Shown: positions 11,468 through 22,161 of the stretch, in pieces
Numbering within the stretch: position 1 is the stretch's first letter
Layout: the number at the start of each line of letters is the position of its first letter
Assembly (NCBI GenBank): GCA_963811165.1
Contig: CAWEQH010000001.1
Coordinates: 288,001-352,000 of the forward strand
DNA: 64,000 nt
Source of the DNA: an uncultured Nitrospiraceae bacterium
GTDB taxonomy: Bacteria > Nitrospirota > Thermodesulfovibrionia > Thermodesulfovibrionales > UBA6898
Direction: 5' to 3'
Notes under the pieces: model-generated
What the model was told of the DNA's origin: nothing
Seen by the model: the letters and a program-made list of their open reading frames with translations, nothing else
Database searches by the model: none
Program-made: the position numbers and the translations under genes

Positions 11468-12355
11468 GTGATGGATCTGATAATTAATCTCAATAAATCC
11501 CCGGGCATCACTTCGCATCAGGCAGTGGCTGAAGTCAAGCGTCTGCTTGGCGTCAAGAAGGCCGGCCATACGGGCACCCTTGATCCCATGGCCACGGGAG
11601 TACTTCTAGTATGTCTTAACGAAGCGACGAAAGTGAGCAGATTCCTTCTTGATATGGACAAGCAATACCGTGCAAGGGTGAAACTCGGGGAGAGGACCGA
11701 TACGTACGATTCTCAGGGAAGGGTTATCGAACAAAAGGACGCTTCTGCCCTTACGGAAGAGGATGTTGTCAGGGCCGTCAAGATGTTTGAAGGGAGCGTG
11801 ACCCAAAAACCGCCAATGTATTCAGCCGTAAAGGTGCAGGGGAAAAAACTTTATGAGCTGGCCAGAAAGGGCATCCAAATTGAGCGTCAGGGGCGGCAAG
11901 TACGTATCTATAACCTTCAGGTCTCGGGCTTTGATCTGCCCTATTTCGATCTGGCTATATCTTGTTCAAAGGGCACTTATGTCCGAACTCTCTGCGATGA
12001 TATCGGGGTGGTCCTTGGCACAGGGGCCCATCTTTTTTCCCTCGAAAGATCAGCGATAGGATCTTTTGACATAAAAAATTCCGCAAGAAAGGAAGAATTG
12101 GGCGGAGACGATTTTTTCGAGATCAAAAAAAAGTCAGTCTGCTCTATTGATGAGGCCCTTTCAGGATTAAAAGAAATAGTGGTCGGTGAGGCTGATTATC
12201 GAGGCGCAATGAGTGGTGTCCCGATAAAAACCAATATAATCAAAGAGTTATCAGATTACAACTTCGTGAAATTGAAAGGCCCTCGCGGAGAATTATTTGG
12301 AATAGGTCGAATAGATTCCGACCTCGTCCGGATCGAAAGAATCCTAAATATCTAG
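11468..12355 (+). CDS. truB: tRNA pseudouridine(55) synthase
   Basis: KAGHTGTLDPMATGVL, PPMYSAVK, CSKGTYVR. Confidence 0.97.
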   Translation: MMDLIINLNKSPGITSHQAVAEVKRLLGVKKAGHTGTLDPMATGVLLVCLNEATKVSRFLLDMDKQYRARVKLGERTDTYDSQGRVIEQKDASALTEEDVVRAVKMFEGSVTQKPPMYSAVKVQGKKLYELARKGIQIERQGRQVRIYNLQVSGFDLPYFDLAISCSKGTYVRTLCDDIGVVLGTGAHLFSLERSAIGSFDIKNSARKEELGGDDFFEIKKKSVCSIDEALSGLKEIVVGEADYRGAMSGVPIKTNIIKELSDYNFVKLKGPRGELFGIGRIDSDLVRIERILNI

Positions 12356-12439
12356 CCTAACAAGACTCAATTGTTAAACTAATTTCTAAAAGTCAGGATT
12401 GAACTATTTGATATCACAGCAATATTTTTTAAAAAAACC

Positions 12440-12468
12440 TTGACAATATATTTTTTTTCTGGTATTCA
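12440..12468 (+). promoter_or_regulatory. Putative sigma70 promoter of pilMNOPQ
   Basis: TTGACA (12440-45), 17 bp, TATTCA with upstream TG; AT-rich upstream tract. Confidence 0.55.
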
Positions 12469-12474
12469 TATCCT

Positions 12475-13527
12475 ATGCTTTTCAAAGGGAAGGGTTCGAT
12501 CGGACTAGATCTTGGTTCGAGCTATATCAAGACGATAAAGCTCAAGGAATCGAAAGGGAGCTATGAACTGGAGCTCTTCGATCTCTACCCCCTTCCCCCG
12601 GAGCTAATAGTAGACGGCTCCATCATCGATTCTATCAGGCTCGTAGATTCCATCAAGGACATGGTCAGAAAGGCCGAAATAAAAACAAAAGATGCGGTCA
12701 TATCTATTTCCGGGCATTCTTCCGTTATCATCAAGAGAATTTCCCTTCCTGAAATGTCTGAAGAAGACCTTTCCGAATCGATAAAGTTCGAGGCGGAGCA
12801 ATATGTCCCTTTCGATATAGAGGACGTGAATCTCGATTTCCAGATCATCGGGCCGAAAGAAGAGCCGGGACAGATGGACGTGATTCTCGTGGCCGTCAAG
12901 AAAGATATTATCAACGAATATGTTTCAGTGATAAAAGAAGCAGGACTCAATCCGATCGTAGTGGATATTGACGCCTTTGCCCTTGAAAATATGTACGGCG
13001 TCAACTACGAGATCGAACCTGGAAAAAATGTTGCCTTGCTCAATATCGGAGCCAGTACGATCAATATGAGCATCCTCAAAGGTGGCATCTCGGTCTTCAC
13101 GAGAGATAGTTCCCTTGGAAGCAACCTGCATACCGAAGCCCTCCAGAGGGAATATAACATCACTTATGAAAATGCCGAAAAACTGAAGAGGGGCGAGCCG
13201 ATCGAGAATGTTTCCCCCGAAGATGCCGCCTCTGTCATAGAATCAGCGTCCGAGGAGATTCTCAGCGAGATCATCAGGTCCTTTGACTACTACAGAAGTA
13301 CCACGATGCATGAAGATATCTCCGAGGTGATATTCAGCGGAGGGTGTGCCCTCCTGGGTAATTTTGCCTCTATGATTTCAGAGAAGACCGGCATTGAGAC
13401 GAGGGTCGCCGAGCCTTTTCGGAACATCAAGATACCTAAGAAATTCGAGGGGACCAACATTCAGGAGATCGCCCCTATCATGGCCATTGCAGTCGGGCTG
13501 GCCCTAAGAAGGCTGGGTGACAGATGA
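12475..13527 (+). CDS. pilM: Type IV pilus assembly protein PilM
   Basis: IGLDLGSSYIK actin-like motif, EAEQYVPFDIEDV, AVGLALR. Confidence 0.95.
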   Translation: MLFKGKGSIGLDLGSSYIKTIKLKESKGSYELELFDLYPLPPELIVDGSIIDSIRLVDSIKDMVRKAEIKTKDAVISISGHSSVIIKRISLPEMSEEDLSESIKFEAEQYVPFDIEDVNLDFQIIGPKEEPGQMDVILVAVKKDIINEYVSVIKEAGLNPIVVDIDAFALENMYGVNYEIEPGKNVALLNIGASTINMSILKGGISVFTRDSSLGSNLHTEALQREYNITYENAEKLKRGEPIENVSPEDAASVIESASEEILSEIIRSFDYYRSTTMHEDISEVIFSGGCALLGNFASMISEKTGIETRVAEPFRNIKIPKKFEGTNIQEIAPIMAIAVGLALRRLGDR

Positions 13528-14063
13528 TAAAAGTCAATCTCCTGTCCGTTAAAAAGAAAAAGAAGGCAAAGCCGTTACCCACTTTTCTCGTCGTTACAAT
13601 CGGTATTTCGCTGGCGATGGTAGCGGTTGTGATCTACCTGAATTTCTCATTTCAGGGGCGTATCAGCGAAAGAAAGGCCACAGTGGCTGACAATGGGAAA
13701 AAGCTTGCGGAGCTTTCAAAAAAAATTAAGGCAGTTGATGACTACGAAAAGCTCAATGCCGATTATAAGAACCGTAAAGGGATCATTGAGGAACTCGGCA
13801 AAAACAAGACCCTGCCGGTCAAGCTGCTTGACGAGATAAGCAGGCTTTTGTCCGATGGGGTATGGCTTACTTCGCTGGAGATAAGGGGCAACGATATAAC
13901 ATTGGCGTGTACGGGGTTCAATAATACCGACGTGGTCAACTTTGTAAGCAGTTTGAAAGGATCTACCCTGTTGACAGACGTGTATCTGCAGGAGTCTGTC
14001 CAGGCCAGCGCGGAGGGTTTTTCCACATATAACTTCAGAATCAGCTGCAAGGTGAAATCCTGA
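13524..14063 (+). CDS. pilN: Type IV pilus assembly protein PilN
   Basis: MIKVNLL start, single TM helix, VWLTSL. Confidence 0.92.
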   Translation: MIKVNLLSVKKKKKAKPLPTFLVVTIGISLAMVAVVIYLNFSFQGRISERKATVADNGKKLAELSKKIKAVDDYEKLNADYKNRKGIIEELGKNKTLPVKLLDEISRLLSDGVWLTSLEIRGNDITLACTGFNNTDVVNFVSSLKGSTLLTDVYLQESVQASAEGFSTYNFRISCKVKS

Positions 14064-14671
14064 TGGCAGTGAAACTGGACATTAAGAATCTACCGGTTTA
14101 CGCAAAGGTTGTTGTTGCCGTTCTTCCTGCTGTGATCATTCTAATCGTTGGACTGATCCTTTTTGTGTCGCCGAAGCAAAAAGAGATCAGGAAACTCGAG
14201 GCTCAGATCGATGATCAGAACAACAAAATTGCGACGGACCAGGCCAAGGCGGCAAGACTCGAAACCCTGAAGCAGGAAAACCAAAAATTGCTTGGGAGGC
14301 TGAACGAATTAAAAGAGCAACTGCCTGAAGAAAAGGAGATTTCCAGCCTACTGAAACAGATCTCCGACCTTTCGATCGCAGCGGGCCTCGAAATAAAGTC
14401 CTGGAAGCCGGGTGCGAAGAAGATGCACCCCAGCGGCATTATAAATCAAATTCCGGTTGACGTGACTGTGAGCGGAACATATCACGATTTCGCCGGATTC
14501 CTGAGCAGCCTGACGAAACTGAACAGGATCGTCAATATTACAAATATAAGGATGTCCTCTCCGCAGATTGTGAAAGGAAAAGCCGTTCTCCAGATTAGCT
14601 TCGTGGCTACCACCTTTTCATCGGTATCTGAGGAAGAGAAGGCGGCAAATAAGGGGGCCAAGAAGAAATAA
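14063..14671 (+). CDS. pilO: Type IV pilus assembly protein PilO
   Basis: QLPEEKEISSLL, GTYHDFAGFL...LNRIV. Confidence 0.93.
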   Translation: MAVKLDIKNLPVYAKVVVAVLPAVIILIVGLILFVSPKQKEIRKLEAQIDDQNNKIATDQAKAARLETLKQENQKLLGRLNELKEQLPEEKEISSLLKQISDLSIAAGLEIKSWKPGAKKMHPSGIINQIPVDVTVSGTYHDFAGFLSSLTKLNRIVNITNIRMSSPQIVKGKAVLQISFVATTFSSVSEEEKAANKGAKKK

Positions 14672-15199
14672 ATGAAAAAAATGCCCTTTATTGTAAAGAG
14701 CTCACTCGCATTTTTTATTGGGATATCATTAATTGCCCTGACGGGATGCAAGGGCAAGGCGTCTTCTCCCAAACCGGCTGCTGGAAAAACCAAGCCGGCT
14801 GTTTCTGCTCCTCCTTCGGCAACGAAAGAGGAACCGAAGGCGGAAAAAGAGGTGTATGCCTATGAGCAGAAAGGGAGGAGGGACCCTTTCATGTCGCTTG
14901 TCCGGATCAGCAAAGAAAAACCCAAAAGGCTGTCCGGGGGAAGGCCTGTAGAGAACTTCGATGTCGACGAAATAAAACTGGTTGCTATTTTGTGGGACAG
15001 CAAACAATATTATGCCCTCATAACGCTCCCTGACAATAAATCCTACACGATCAGAAAAGGGATGAAACTCGGGCTTTATGGCGGAAAAGTTGAGGATATT
15101 ACAAAGGACAGGGTCCTTATTCGGGAGCACGTAAAGGACTACCGGGGGCAGCCCAAGACGAAAGATACAATATTGAAACTCCGCAAGGAGGGGGAATAA
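14672..15199 (+). CDS. pilP: Type IV pilus assembly lipoprotein PilP
   Basis: Lipobox LTGC, RRDPF motif. Confidence 0.92.
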   Translation: MKKMPFIVKSSLAFFIGISLIALTGCKGKASSPKPAAGKTKPAVSAPPSATKEEPKAEKEVYAYEQKGRRDPFMSLVRISKEKPKRLSGGRPVENFDVDEIKLVAILWDSKQYYALITLPDNKSYTIRKGMKLGLYGGKVEDITKDRVLIREHVKDYRGQPKTKDTILKLRKEGE

Positions 15200-17433
15200 T
15201 GAAAAAAAATCTGATATCACAATTTTTCTTGTCATTTATTTTATTGACATTGCTCATCGGCTGTGCGACGCAGGCGAGGACCAAAGAGACGTCCGAGACC
15301 GATGAGCTCCCGGTCCTTGCCGATATCAAGCAGCAGGAAAACGGCATCTCCTTCGTAGGCAGCAAGAATTTCATTTATACGCTTTATGCGGGAAACGATC
15401 CTTACAAGGTTACCATTGACATCCCGGAGATGCGTCTGGGCAATTTTAAGGACAAGATCGTATGGGACAAGGCAGGTATTTCGGAGGTCTTTCCCCAGCA
15501 GCTTGATACTGCGAAGCCGTCGATAAGGATAAATATAACCCTGCAGAGCCCTTCTGCGGTCGTTCCACTTTATAAAGACAATACGCTGACCCTTTTGACT
15601 AAACCTGAGGAACCTGTTACCCTTACGCAGGACAAGACGGAAGAAAAAGTAGAGTCGAAGGAAAAGACAGACGCTGTCCCTGATGTTCGTCCCGCAGACC
15701 CTTCGGCAGAATACCCCCCCACCGAAGCGGTGACACCCGTGGGAAAAGAAGCTGAAACCGCTGAAAAAGAATCTGCTGACGCCGATGCTGCTGCGCCGTC
15801 TAAGGCGACGGCGGTCAACCGCATAGAGCTCAGAAAATCCGCCGGGGCACTGAAGGTACTGATAATCGGCGACGGGGCAATGAAGCCCAATGTCTTTCCC
15901 ATTGATGAAAAAATAGTGATAGACATCCCCAATGTTTCAATGCTTGCTTCACTTCCTTCAAGTGTGGTATCGCCTCTGAAGGGGATAAGGGCCGGGAAAC
16001 ACAGGGACAAGGTGAGACTGGTGCTTGACCTCAAAGAAAAAACTGCCTTCGATGTCGCTGCAACTGGAAATACTATAGAAGTTCTTCTAAAGACCAAGGA
16101 GCCGCCCGTTGCCCAGTCTGCGACTATAGCTGTCCGGAAAGAGCCGGTCACGAATGAACCTTCTTCCAAAGAGTTGGCCAAAAAAGAGGCGCCGCCGTCT
16201 GCCGGGCAGGAGACTAAGGCAGAAGGCAGGTATAAAGGGAAAAGGATCTCACTTGATTTTCAGGATGCAGAGGTGGGCCCTATCTTCAGGCTGCTTGCCG
16301 ATGTGAATGATTACAATTTGGTCCTGGACCCATCGGTGAAGGGGAAGGTCACGATCAAGCTTATGAATGTCCCCTGGGACCAGGCGCTCGATATCATTCT
16401 CAATCAGACGCATCTCAGCCATCGCGTGGAAGGCAACATATTGTGGATCGCTCCAGTAAGCGTCTTTGACCAGATTGCTAATGAAAGGGCGAAGTCGAAG
16501 GAGACGGAAGAGAAGGCCGAGGACCTTGTACAGGAGATAATAAGGGTCAATTACGCATTGGCCACGGATGTCCAGACTGCCATTAACAATGGGAAACTGC
16601 TTAGCGCACGCGGCACTATCACCCCGGACAACCGGATGAATGCCCTTATCATCAAAGATACACAAAAGAGCATTGACAAGGTAAAAGAACTTGTGAAGAT
16701 AATGGACCTTGCTAAGCCGCAGGTAATGATAGAGGCCAAACTCGTCGAGGTGGGCACGACATACAGTGAATCGCTCGGGATAAGGTGGGGAGGTTCTTTC
16801 ACCTCGCAGACTTTCCCCAATAACGTAGGAGGCGCTTTCTCTGTCAATACCCCCACGGCGGCCGCGGGGCCTGCAACGACGAACGCCGGAGGCGCCATGA
16901 ACTTGACCATTGGACATGCAAACAGCATGAGCGTCAACTTGTCGCTTTCCGCGCTTGAATCCATCGGCAGGTCCAAGACCTTGTCGAACCCGAAGATCCT
17001 GACAATGGACAACGAGGCCGCAACCATCCAGCAGGGTACTACATTTTTCATCCCTACGGTGAGTCAGGCAGGCACCCAGACCCAGTCTCAGACAGCAACG
17101 CTGAGTCTTACGGTTACCCCCAAGATCACCCCTGACGGTTTTATCCAGCTGAAGGTCAATGCGACCGACAATAGCCTTCAGCCCGGGACGTCCGGGGCAA
17201 CAGCTGTCGTAAACACAAAGAGCCTGACGACCCAGGCGCTTGTAAAAAATGGTGAGACCCTTGTATTAGGGGGTATTTACCGGTTGGACGATGCGGAGAC
17301 TAGTGACGCGGTCCCTCTCCTAAGTAAGATACCGGGTCTCGGCTGGCTCTTTAAGACCAAGGACCGCATAGGGCCCAATATTAAAGAGCTCCTCATTTTT
17401 ATTACGCCGACGATAATAAGCCAACCGCTATGA
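15199..17433 (+). CDS. pilQ: Type IV pilus secretin PilQ
   Basis: AMIN-like N-terminal region, ISLDFQDA, VPWDQALD, QVMIEAKLVE, VPLLSKIPGLGWLFK. Confidence 0.96.
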   Translation: MKKNLISQFFLSFILLTLLIGCATQARTKETSETDELPVLADIKQQENGISFVGSKNFIYTLYAGNDPYKVTIDIPEMRLGNFKDKIVWDKAGISEVFPQQLDTAKPSIRINITLQSPSAVVPLYKDNTLTLLTKPEEPVTLTQDKTEEKVESKEKTDAVPDVRPADPSAEYPPTEAVTPVGKEAETAEKESADADAAAPSKATAVNRIELRKSAGALKVLIIGDGAMKPNVFPIDEKIVIDIPNVSMLASLPSSVVSPLKGIRAGKHRDKVRLVLDLKEKTAFDVAATGNTIEVLLKTKEPPVAQSATIAVRKEPVTNEPSSKELAKKEAPPSAGQETKAEGRYKGKRISLDFQDAEVGPIFRLLADVNDYNLVLDPSVKGKVTIKLMNVPWDQALDIILNQTHLSHRVEGNILWIAPVSVFDQIANERAKSKETEEKAEDLVQEIIRVNYALATDVQTAINNGKLLSARGTITPDNRMNALIIKDTQKSIDKVKELVKIMDLAKPQVMIEAKLVEVGTTYSESLGIRWGGSFTSQTFPNNVGGAFSVNTPTAAAGPATTNAGGAMNLTIGHANSMSVNLSLSALESIGRSKTLSNPKILTMDNEAATIQQGTTFFIPTVSQAGTQTQSQTATLSLTVTPKITPDGFIQLKVNATDNSLQPGTSGATAVVNTKSLTTQALVKNGETLVLGGIYRLDDAETSDAVPLLSKIPGLGWLFKTKDRIGPNIKELLIFITPTIISQPL

Positions 17434-17490
17434 GCGGGGGTCAAGAACGTGAGAAAATTTTTTATGAGGAATGGAGTTCAAGGAGGTACG

Positions 17491-18083
17491 ATGAGGAAAA
17501 TATATATTATTGTTGGCATGCTTTTGTACGTGCTTGTTCTCGCAGGATGCGGGGGAGGAGGGGTGGGCGCCCCCGGCTCCGGCGGGAATGCAGATACAGG
17601 TATAGTTATACAATCCGCGACTCTGACTGTTACGAGCCCCGATATCGATACATCACATACATGCGTGTACGGCTACGACATTCGAAACGGCACTTACCAG
17701 GACCGATGCAACACTGAATGTCACTGCAGCGCCGCTTGTCCCTGGCGCGACTGATGATCCTTTCAACGGGGCCAGCATTCAGGAATGCACTATTACCTAC
17801 CTGAAGGCCAACGAGGACCCTGCGGCCCCTATAATAGAGGCAACGACTATTTATCCGAATTGCCCGATGGTCAACGGAGCGAGTAGCTTGCGGTGTCACT
17901 CTCATGGACATAGAGAGAAAGCTTAGATGGTGGAATGATTTATCAGGAGCGGCGTTTTTCCCATCGGAATATCCGACACATTATGTGGCGGTCTTTACCT
18001 GTAAATTTATGAATTCCTTCGGCGAGGCAGGTTCTTTCCAGTCTGAACTGGATATTTGGCTGGCCGATTTCGATAGGTGTTAG
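17491..18083 (+). pseudogene. Lipoprotein gene of about 196 aa interrupted by two frameshifts (pseudogene or sequence error)
   Basis: AGGAGG-ATG, lipobox LAGC-GGGG; plausible protein continues in the next frame near 17665 (TATTFETALTRTDATLNV...) and again near 17889 (CGVTLMDIERK...IWLADFDRC*). Confidence 0.7.
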
Positions 18084-18094
18084 CAGGAGGCGAA

Positions 18095-19492
18095 ATGATA
18101 AGAAAGACATTATTACCGATAGCACTTTTTATGATCCTGGCGTTGCTGGCTTACTGCGGCGGCGGAGCGGGTACTTCGAGCGAACCCGTCGGCGTTAATC
18201 CCGGTCAGCCGTCTATCGTGCAGTTACTGTCGGTCCAGCAGATAGTCCAGACGAATTCAAACGTATTTCTGGAGGCGAAGGTCCTTGACGGAAACGGCAG
18301 GGTCGTACCGAACACGCCGGTCACTTTTACGAACCTCTCACTCGTCGGCGTGCTGAGTTCCACCCAGGCAATGACCGACTCCTTGGGATTTGCCAAAGTC
18401 ACGCTTTTTTCCACAGACTCGGGCTTTGCCACGGTGCAGGCGGAAGTGAATACGGGAGCGGGAAAGGTGAGGGATAAGAAGACGGTTTTCTTCTCGTCTT
18501 CGATCTCGCACTTATCTCCGCCGCGCCGACATTGACCCTTGCGGTCGACAATAACAGCGACGGTTCCTATAACGATCCCAAGCGATTTCATTTTCTTTAA
18601 CCCTTCCGACCCCCACGACGAAGCGATCATCAGGGCGACTGTGTTGGATGCGTCAGGCGCGCCCGTTTTGAACGATACGGTGACCTTTGGCGCTGACACC
18701 ACGGAGGCGACTTTTCCTAATGGCAATGCGGTGCAGACTAACTCTGCCGGGCAGGCATTTGTACTTATCAAAATCGTCCCAACCGGAGCTCACGAATATT
18801 ACCATCCCCCTGAATGTGAACGCGGTGTCTACTAAATACCGGTGCTTTCAATGTGATAACGCTTTTCATCGGCCCTATAACAATCAATAAGGTGACGGTT
18901 GTTGCCGAACCCGCAGTCTATCGCCTCGGCCGGCACTTCCAAAGTAACGGCGACAGTGACTACAGCGGCAGGGACTCTTGTTCCCGACGGCACAACAGTC
19001 AATTTCGCGACAACCAGGGGTACTATAACACCATTTTCCCAAACGACCAAAGGCTTGGCTACGGCGACGTTTACTGCCCCGACAATTGCTGCCGGGACTG
19101 TAACAGCAACAATAACGGCTTCTGCCGGAGGCAAATCAGGCACGACCAACGTATTGGTTACCGCGCCGCCGACAACTCCACCACCTACGACGCCTCCGCC
19201 AGCGCTTGCGGTTAGTCCTTCGGCGCGTCGTTACAGCTGCGGTAGTATTCGCTGTGGCCAGGCTGCTACATTCTTTATAAGCGGCGGTACGCCAACCTAT
19301 ACAGTTGCGCCGACAGTCAGTACTGACCCGATTACGCCAAGTCCTATTGCTGGTGGTTCATTTACGGTTACGCCTACAGCTAATGCCTGCGCTTCGGTTC
19401 CTGGCGCCAGTGCGGTGTTCAATCTGACGGTGAGAGACCACAGTAGCCCAGTACAAACTGTCATTGTTCCAATAACATTGACGAATCCATAA
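18095..19492 (+). pseudogene. Big-1/invasin-like Ig-domain lipoprotein with multiple frameshifts
   Basis: Lipobox-like LAYC-GGG; repeated A.VLD..G..V....VTF and TD..G.A.VT Big-1 patterns spread over ORF fragments at 18077, 18539, 18687, 18853 and 18899. Confidence 0.72.
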
Positions 19493-19527
19493 GACATATG
19501 CAGCTCAATAAATAGATAGCAATAGAG

Positions 19528-19554
19528 AGGGCGGGCGAAGAGCCCGCCCTTTTT
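19528..19554 (+). terminator. Rho-independent terminator
   Basis: AGGGCGGGC-gaaga-GCCCGCCCT followed by TTTT. Confidence 0.8.
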
Positions 19555-19569
19555 GAAAGAAGGAGAGGG

Positions 19570-21480
19570 ATGAGAATGAAAAAACATTTCTATATTGTCT
19601 TTGCACTCATATCAGTTCTTGCGCTTGTCTCTTGCGGGAGCAATTCTACGACGAGTTTCTCCTCGCCAGGGGTGAAGGTCACCGCAAGCCAGACAGTCGC
19701 CCCTAGGATCACTATTCAGTCGGTCTTGGCAGAGGCCGAAAAAGGGGTGTATAAAAAGGGAGAACTCCTGGTCAAGTTCAAATCAGGCGTAAGCGCAAAA
19801 TCGGCCATGGGCGTCCATAGCGCCATGGGCGCCACTTTGGAAAGAAGGTTCAGCGTCGTCTCTAATCTTGAGCGAGTGAAGCTCGCCCCGGGTGTAGCGG
19901 TAAAGGACGCGATAGTGTCATACATGCAAGACCCCAATGTGGAGTATGCAGAGCCCAATTACGTTAGATACCCGAAAAATACAGTCCCTAACGATCCTTA
20001 TTTCAACCCCCAGCAATGGGCGCTCCAGAATACCGGCACTTTCGCAGCCGGCACGGCAGGAGCCGACATCAAGATGCCGCAGGCATGGGATTTTACGCAG
20101 GGCAGCCGCAATATCGTTGTGGCGGTCATCGACAGCGGGGTGGATGTGAGCCATCCCGATCTGGTAAATAACATCTGGAGGAACCTGGGGGAGACCAGTT
20201 GCACGGACGGCATAGACAATGACGGGAATGGTTTTATAGATGACTGCGTGGGCTGGAACTTTGCTGACAAGAATAATATGCCCTTTGACAACCTCGGACA
20301 CGGTACGCATGTGGCAGGGATAATCGGCGCAGACGGCAATAACGGCGTAGGCATTTCAGGCGTGATGTGGAATGTGCAGATAATGCCCCTTAAGTTCATC
20401 ACCGACTTCGGCCCGGATGTCTGCGGCCCCGGCAGCGATTTCTGCGGTTCGGCCGCTGACGAGGTTGCAGCCATCCAATATGCGATAACGAACGGCGCAA
20501 AGATCATCAATGCCAGCTACGGCTCAAGTGCATTTTCGCAGGCTGAATTCGACGCGATCAATGCCGCAAACAGCGCGGGGGTCCTTTTCGTTGCAGCCGC
20601 CGGAAACGGCAGTCTTGAGCAGCACGGTGACAATAACGACCTGACGCCGAATTATCCGGCAAGTCATAGGCTTCCGAACATAATTTCGGTTGCGGCTACG
20701 GACCAAAATGATGTCAGGGCCCCTTTCAGTAATTTCGGTCTCAACTCGGTCCACGTAGCTGCCCCTGGGGTATATATTTTAAGTACGGTACCTTCTACCG
20801 GCATCTCCATGTCTTTTGGCTCGTTATGTACGAATGCTTTTATCGCCGACTATGATTTCTGCGCGGGGACCTCGATGGCTGCTCCCCATGTGGCGGGCCT
20901 CGCCGGCATCCTTGAAACCTATTACGTTAATTTCAGCGCTGCACAGATACGTGCGACGATATTGAGGTACGTCGATTTGCTGCCCACCTTACAGGGGTGG
21001 ATACAGACCGGTGGAAGGATAAATGCCTTCAAGGCCCTCTCATCTTTGCTGACGCCCACCGGGCTTAGCGCAAATGCGCAGTCCTCTACACAGATAGCCC
21101 TCGCATGGAACGACAATGCCACAGGAGAAGACGGCTACAAGGTAGAGAGAAAGGTTACAGGCGGAGACTTTGCAGAGATTGCCCAGATCGGCCCAAACAG
21201 CACGGGCTTTACGGACAGCGGCCTTGCCGCTTCAACGGCCTATACTTACCGTGTCCGCGCTTTCAACACCATACCGGCCGATTCGGCTTACTCAAATGAC
21301 GCAGCGGCTACTACTTCTGCTTCCGATTCGTCGTCAACAGGCACATCGGGCGGAGGCGGAGGCGGATGTTCTATCGCAAGAAAGCAGGATGGGACTGCAA
21401 ACGTTGCGGATGTTTTTGTAATGCTGGCTCCGTTGTGTGCGATAATCGTGATGAAGAACCGCAGACGGAAGAAAAAATAG
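19570..21480 (+). CDS. S8 subtilase lipoprotein with propeptide, FN3 domain and Gly-rich-Cys C-terminal sorting signal
   Basis: Lipobox LVSC; VIDSG, HGTHVAG, AAAGN, GTSMAAPHVAG; FN3 (LAW.DN...YTYRVRA); tail GGGGGGCS-TM-RRRKKK. Confidence 0.93.
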   Translation: MRMKKHFYIVFALISVLALVSCGSNSTTSFSSPGVKVTASQTVAPRITIQSVLAEAEKGVYKKGELLVKFKSGVSAKSAMGVHSAMGATLERRFSVVSNLERVKLAPGVAVKDAIVSYMQDPNVEYAEPNYVRYPKNTVPNDPYFNPQQWALQNTGTFAAGTAGADIKMPQAWDFTQGSRNIVVAVIDSGVDVSHPDLVNNIWRNLGETSCTDGIDNDGNGFIDDCVGWNFADKNNMPFDNLGHGTHVAGIIGADGNNGVGISGVMWNVQIMPLKFITDFGPDVCGPGSDFCGSAADEVAAIQYAITNGAKIINASYGSSAFSQAEFDAINAANSAGVLFVAAAGNGSLEQHGDNNDLTPNYPASHRLPNIISVAATDQNDVRAPFSNFGLNSVHVAAPGVYILSTVPSTGISMSFGSLCTNAFIADYDFCAGTSMAAPHVAGLAGILETYYVNFSAAQIRATILRYVDLLPTLQGWIQTGGRINAFKALSSLLTPTGLSANAQSSTQIALAWNDNATGEDGYKVERKVTGGDFAEIAQIGPNSTGFTDSGLAASTAYTYRVRAFNTIPADSAYSNDAAATTSASDSSSTGTSGGGGGGCSIARKQDGTANVADVFVMLAPLCAIIVMKNRRRKKK

Positions 21481-21509
21481 TCTCTGTAGAAGCGATGCAA
21501 ATATTTAGG

Positions 21510-21539
21510 GAGAGGGGCTTAAGCCCCTCTCTTTATTTA
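21510..21539 (+). terminator. Probable terminator hairpin
   Basis: Perfect palindrome GAGAGGGGCTTAAGCCCCTCTC followed by TTTATTT. Confidence 0.65.
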
Positions 21540-21562
21540 TCCACCGGGAAGATTTAACGGAC

Positions 21563-22099
21563 GTGAAAAAAAAGGCCCTCTGTACTTATGCCTTACTTCT
21601 TGCGATAGTCTTCACTTCGCAGGTGTTTCATCTTCGTTTCCTTGATTATCTCATTCCCTTTTATCTTCTTGCGGTGCCTCTGATCTTGAAAAAAAAGATC
21701 AATATCAACTTTTCAGTAAGACATATTCTCCTTGGCCTGCTCGTGTCTCTGATAATTTTGCTGCCGTTTTTTGCAGTCTTTTCTCCCGGGAAAAAATTTG
21801 CGGCCGTGGGGCTGGGGGCGGCATTGTTCCAACTGCTCGGCATTTCTTTTCCTGAGGAGGTTTTTTTCAGGGGGTTTTTGCAGGAGGTATTCGGCAACGA
21901 TCTTAAGGGCGCGGTAGGGGTGAGTTTCCTGTTTGCCGTGGCCCACCTGCCGGGGATGTTTTTCTACGGGGACTTCTACGCCCCCCTGACATTCTTTCCA
22001 TCACTTGTCATGGGTTTTCTCTATATGCGCACTTCAAATGTCGTCCCGTCAACAATTTTCCATTTCCTCTCAAATGTCGTCTACCTCGGGTCTTTATGA
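21563..22099 (+). CDS. CPBP (Abi/CAAX type II) glutamic intramembrane protease, candidate sorting enzyme
   Basis: PEEVFFRG (EExxxR), FAVAH (FxxxH), HFLSN (HxxxN); highly hydrophobic. Confidence 0.9.
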   Translation: MKKKALCTYALLLAIVFTSQVFHLRFLDYLIPFYLLAVPLILKKKININFSVRHILLGLLVSLIILLPFFAVFSPGKKFAAVGLGAALFQLLGISFPEEVFFRGFLQEVFGNDLKGAVGVSFLFAVAHLPGMFFYGDFYAPLTFFPSLVMGFLYMRTSNVVPSTIFHFLSNVVYLGSL

Positions 22100-22161
22100 T
22101 ATACTTATGCTGATTTAAGGCTGGAATCTGCGTATACAGTGTGACGATTGAGGGCTTCTTA

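Noticed and set aside
17650..19300. Programmed frameshifting or phase variation
   Set aside because: Too many shifts, and they are not at long homopolymers or slippery heptamers
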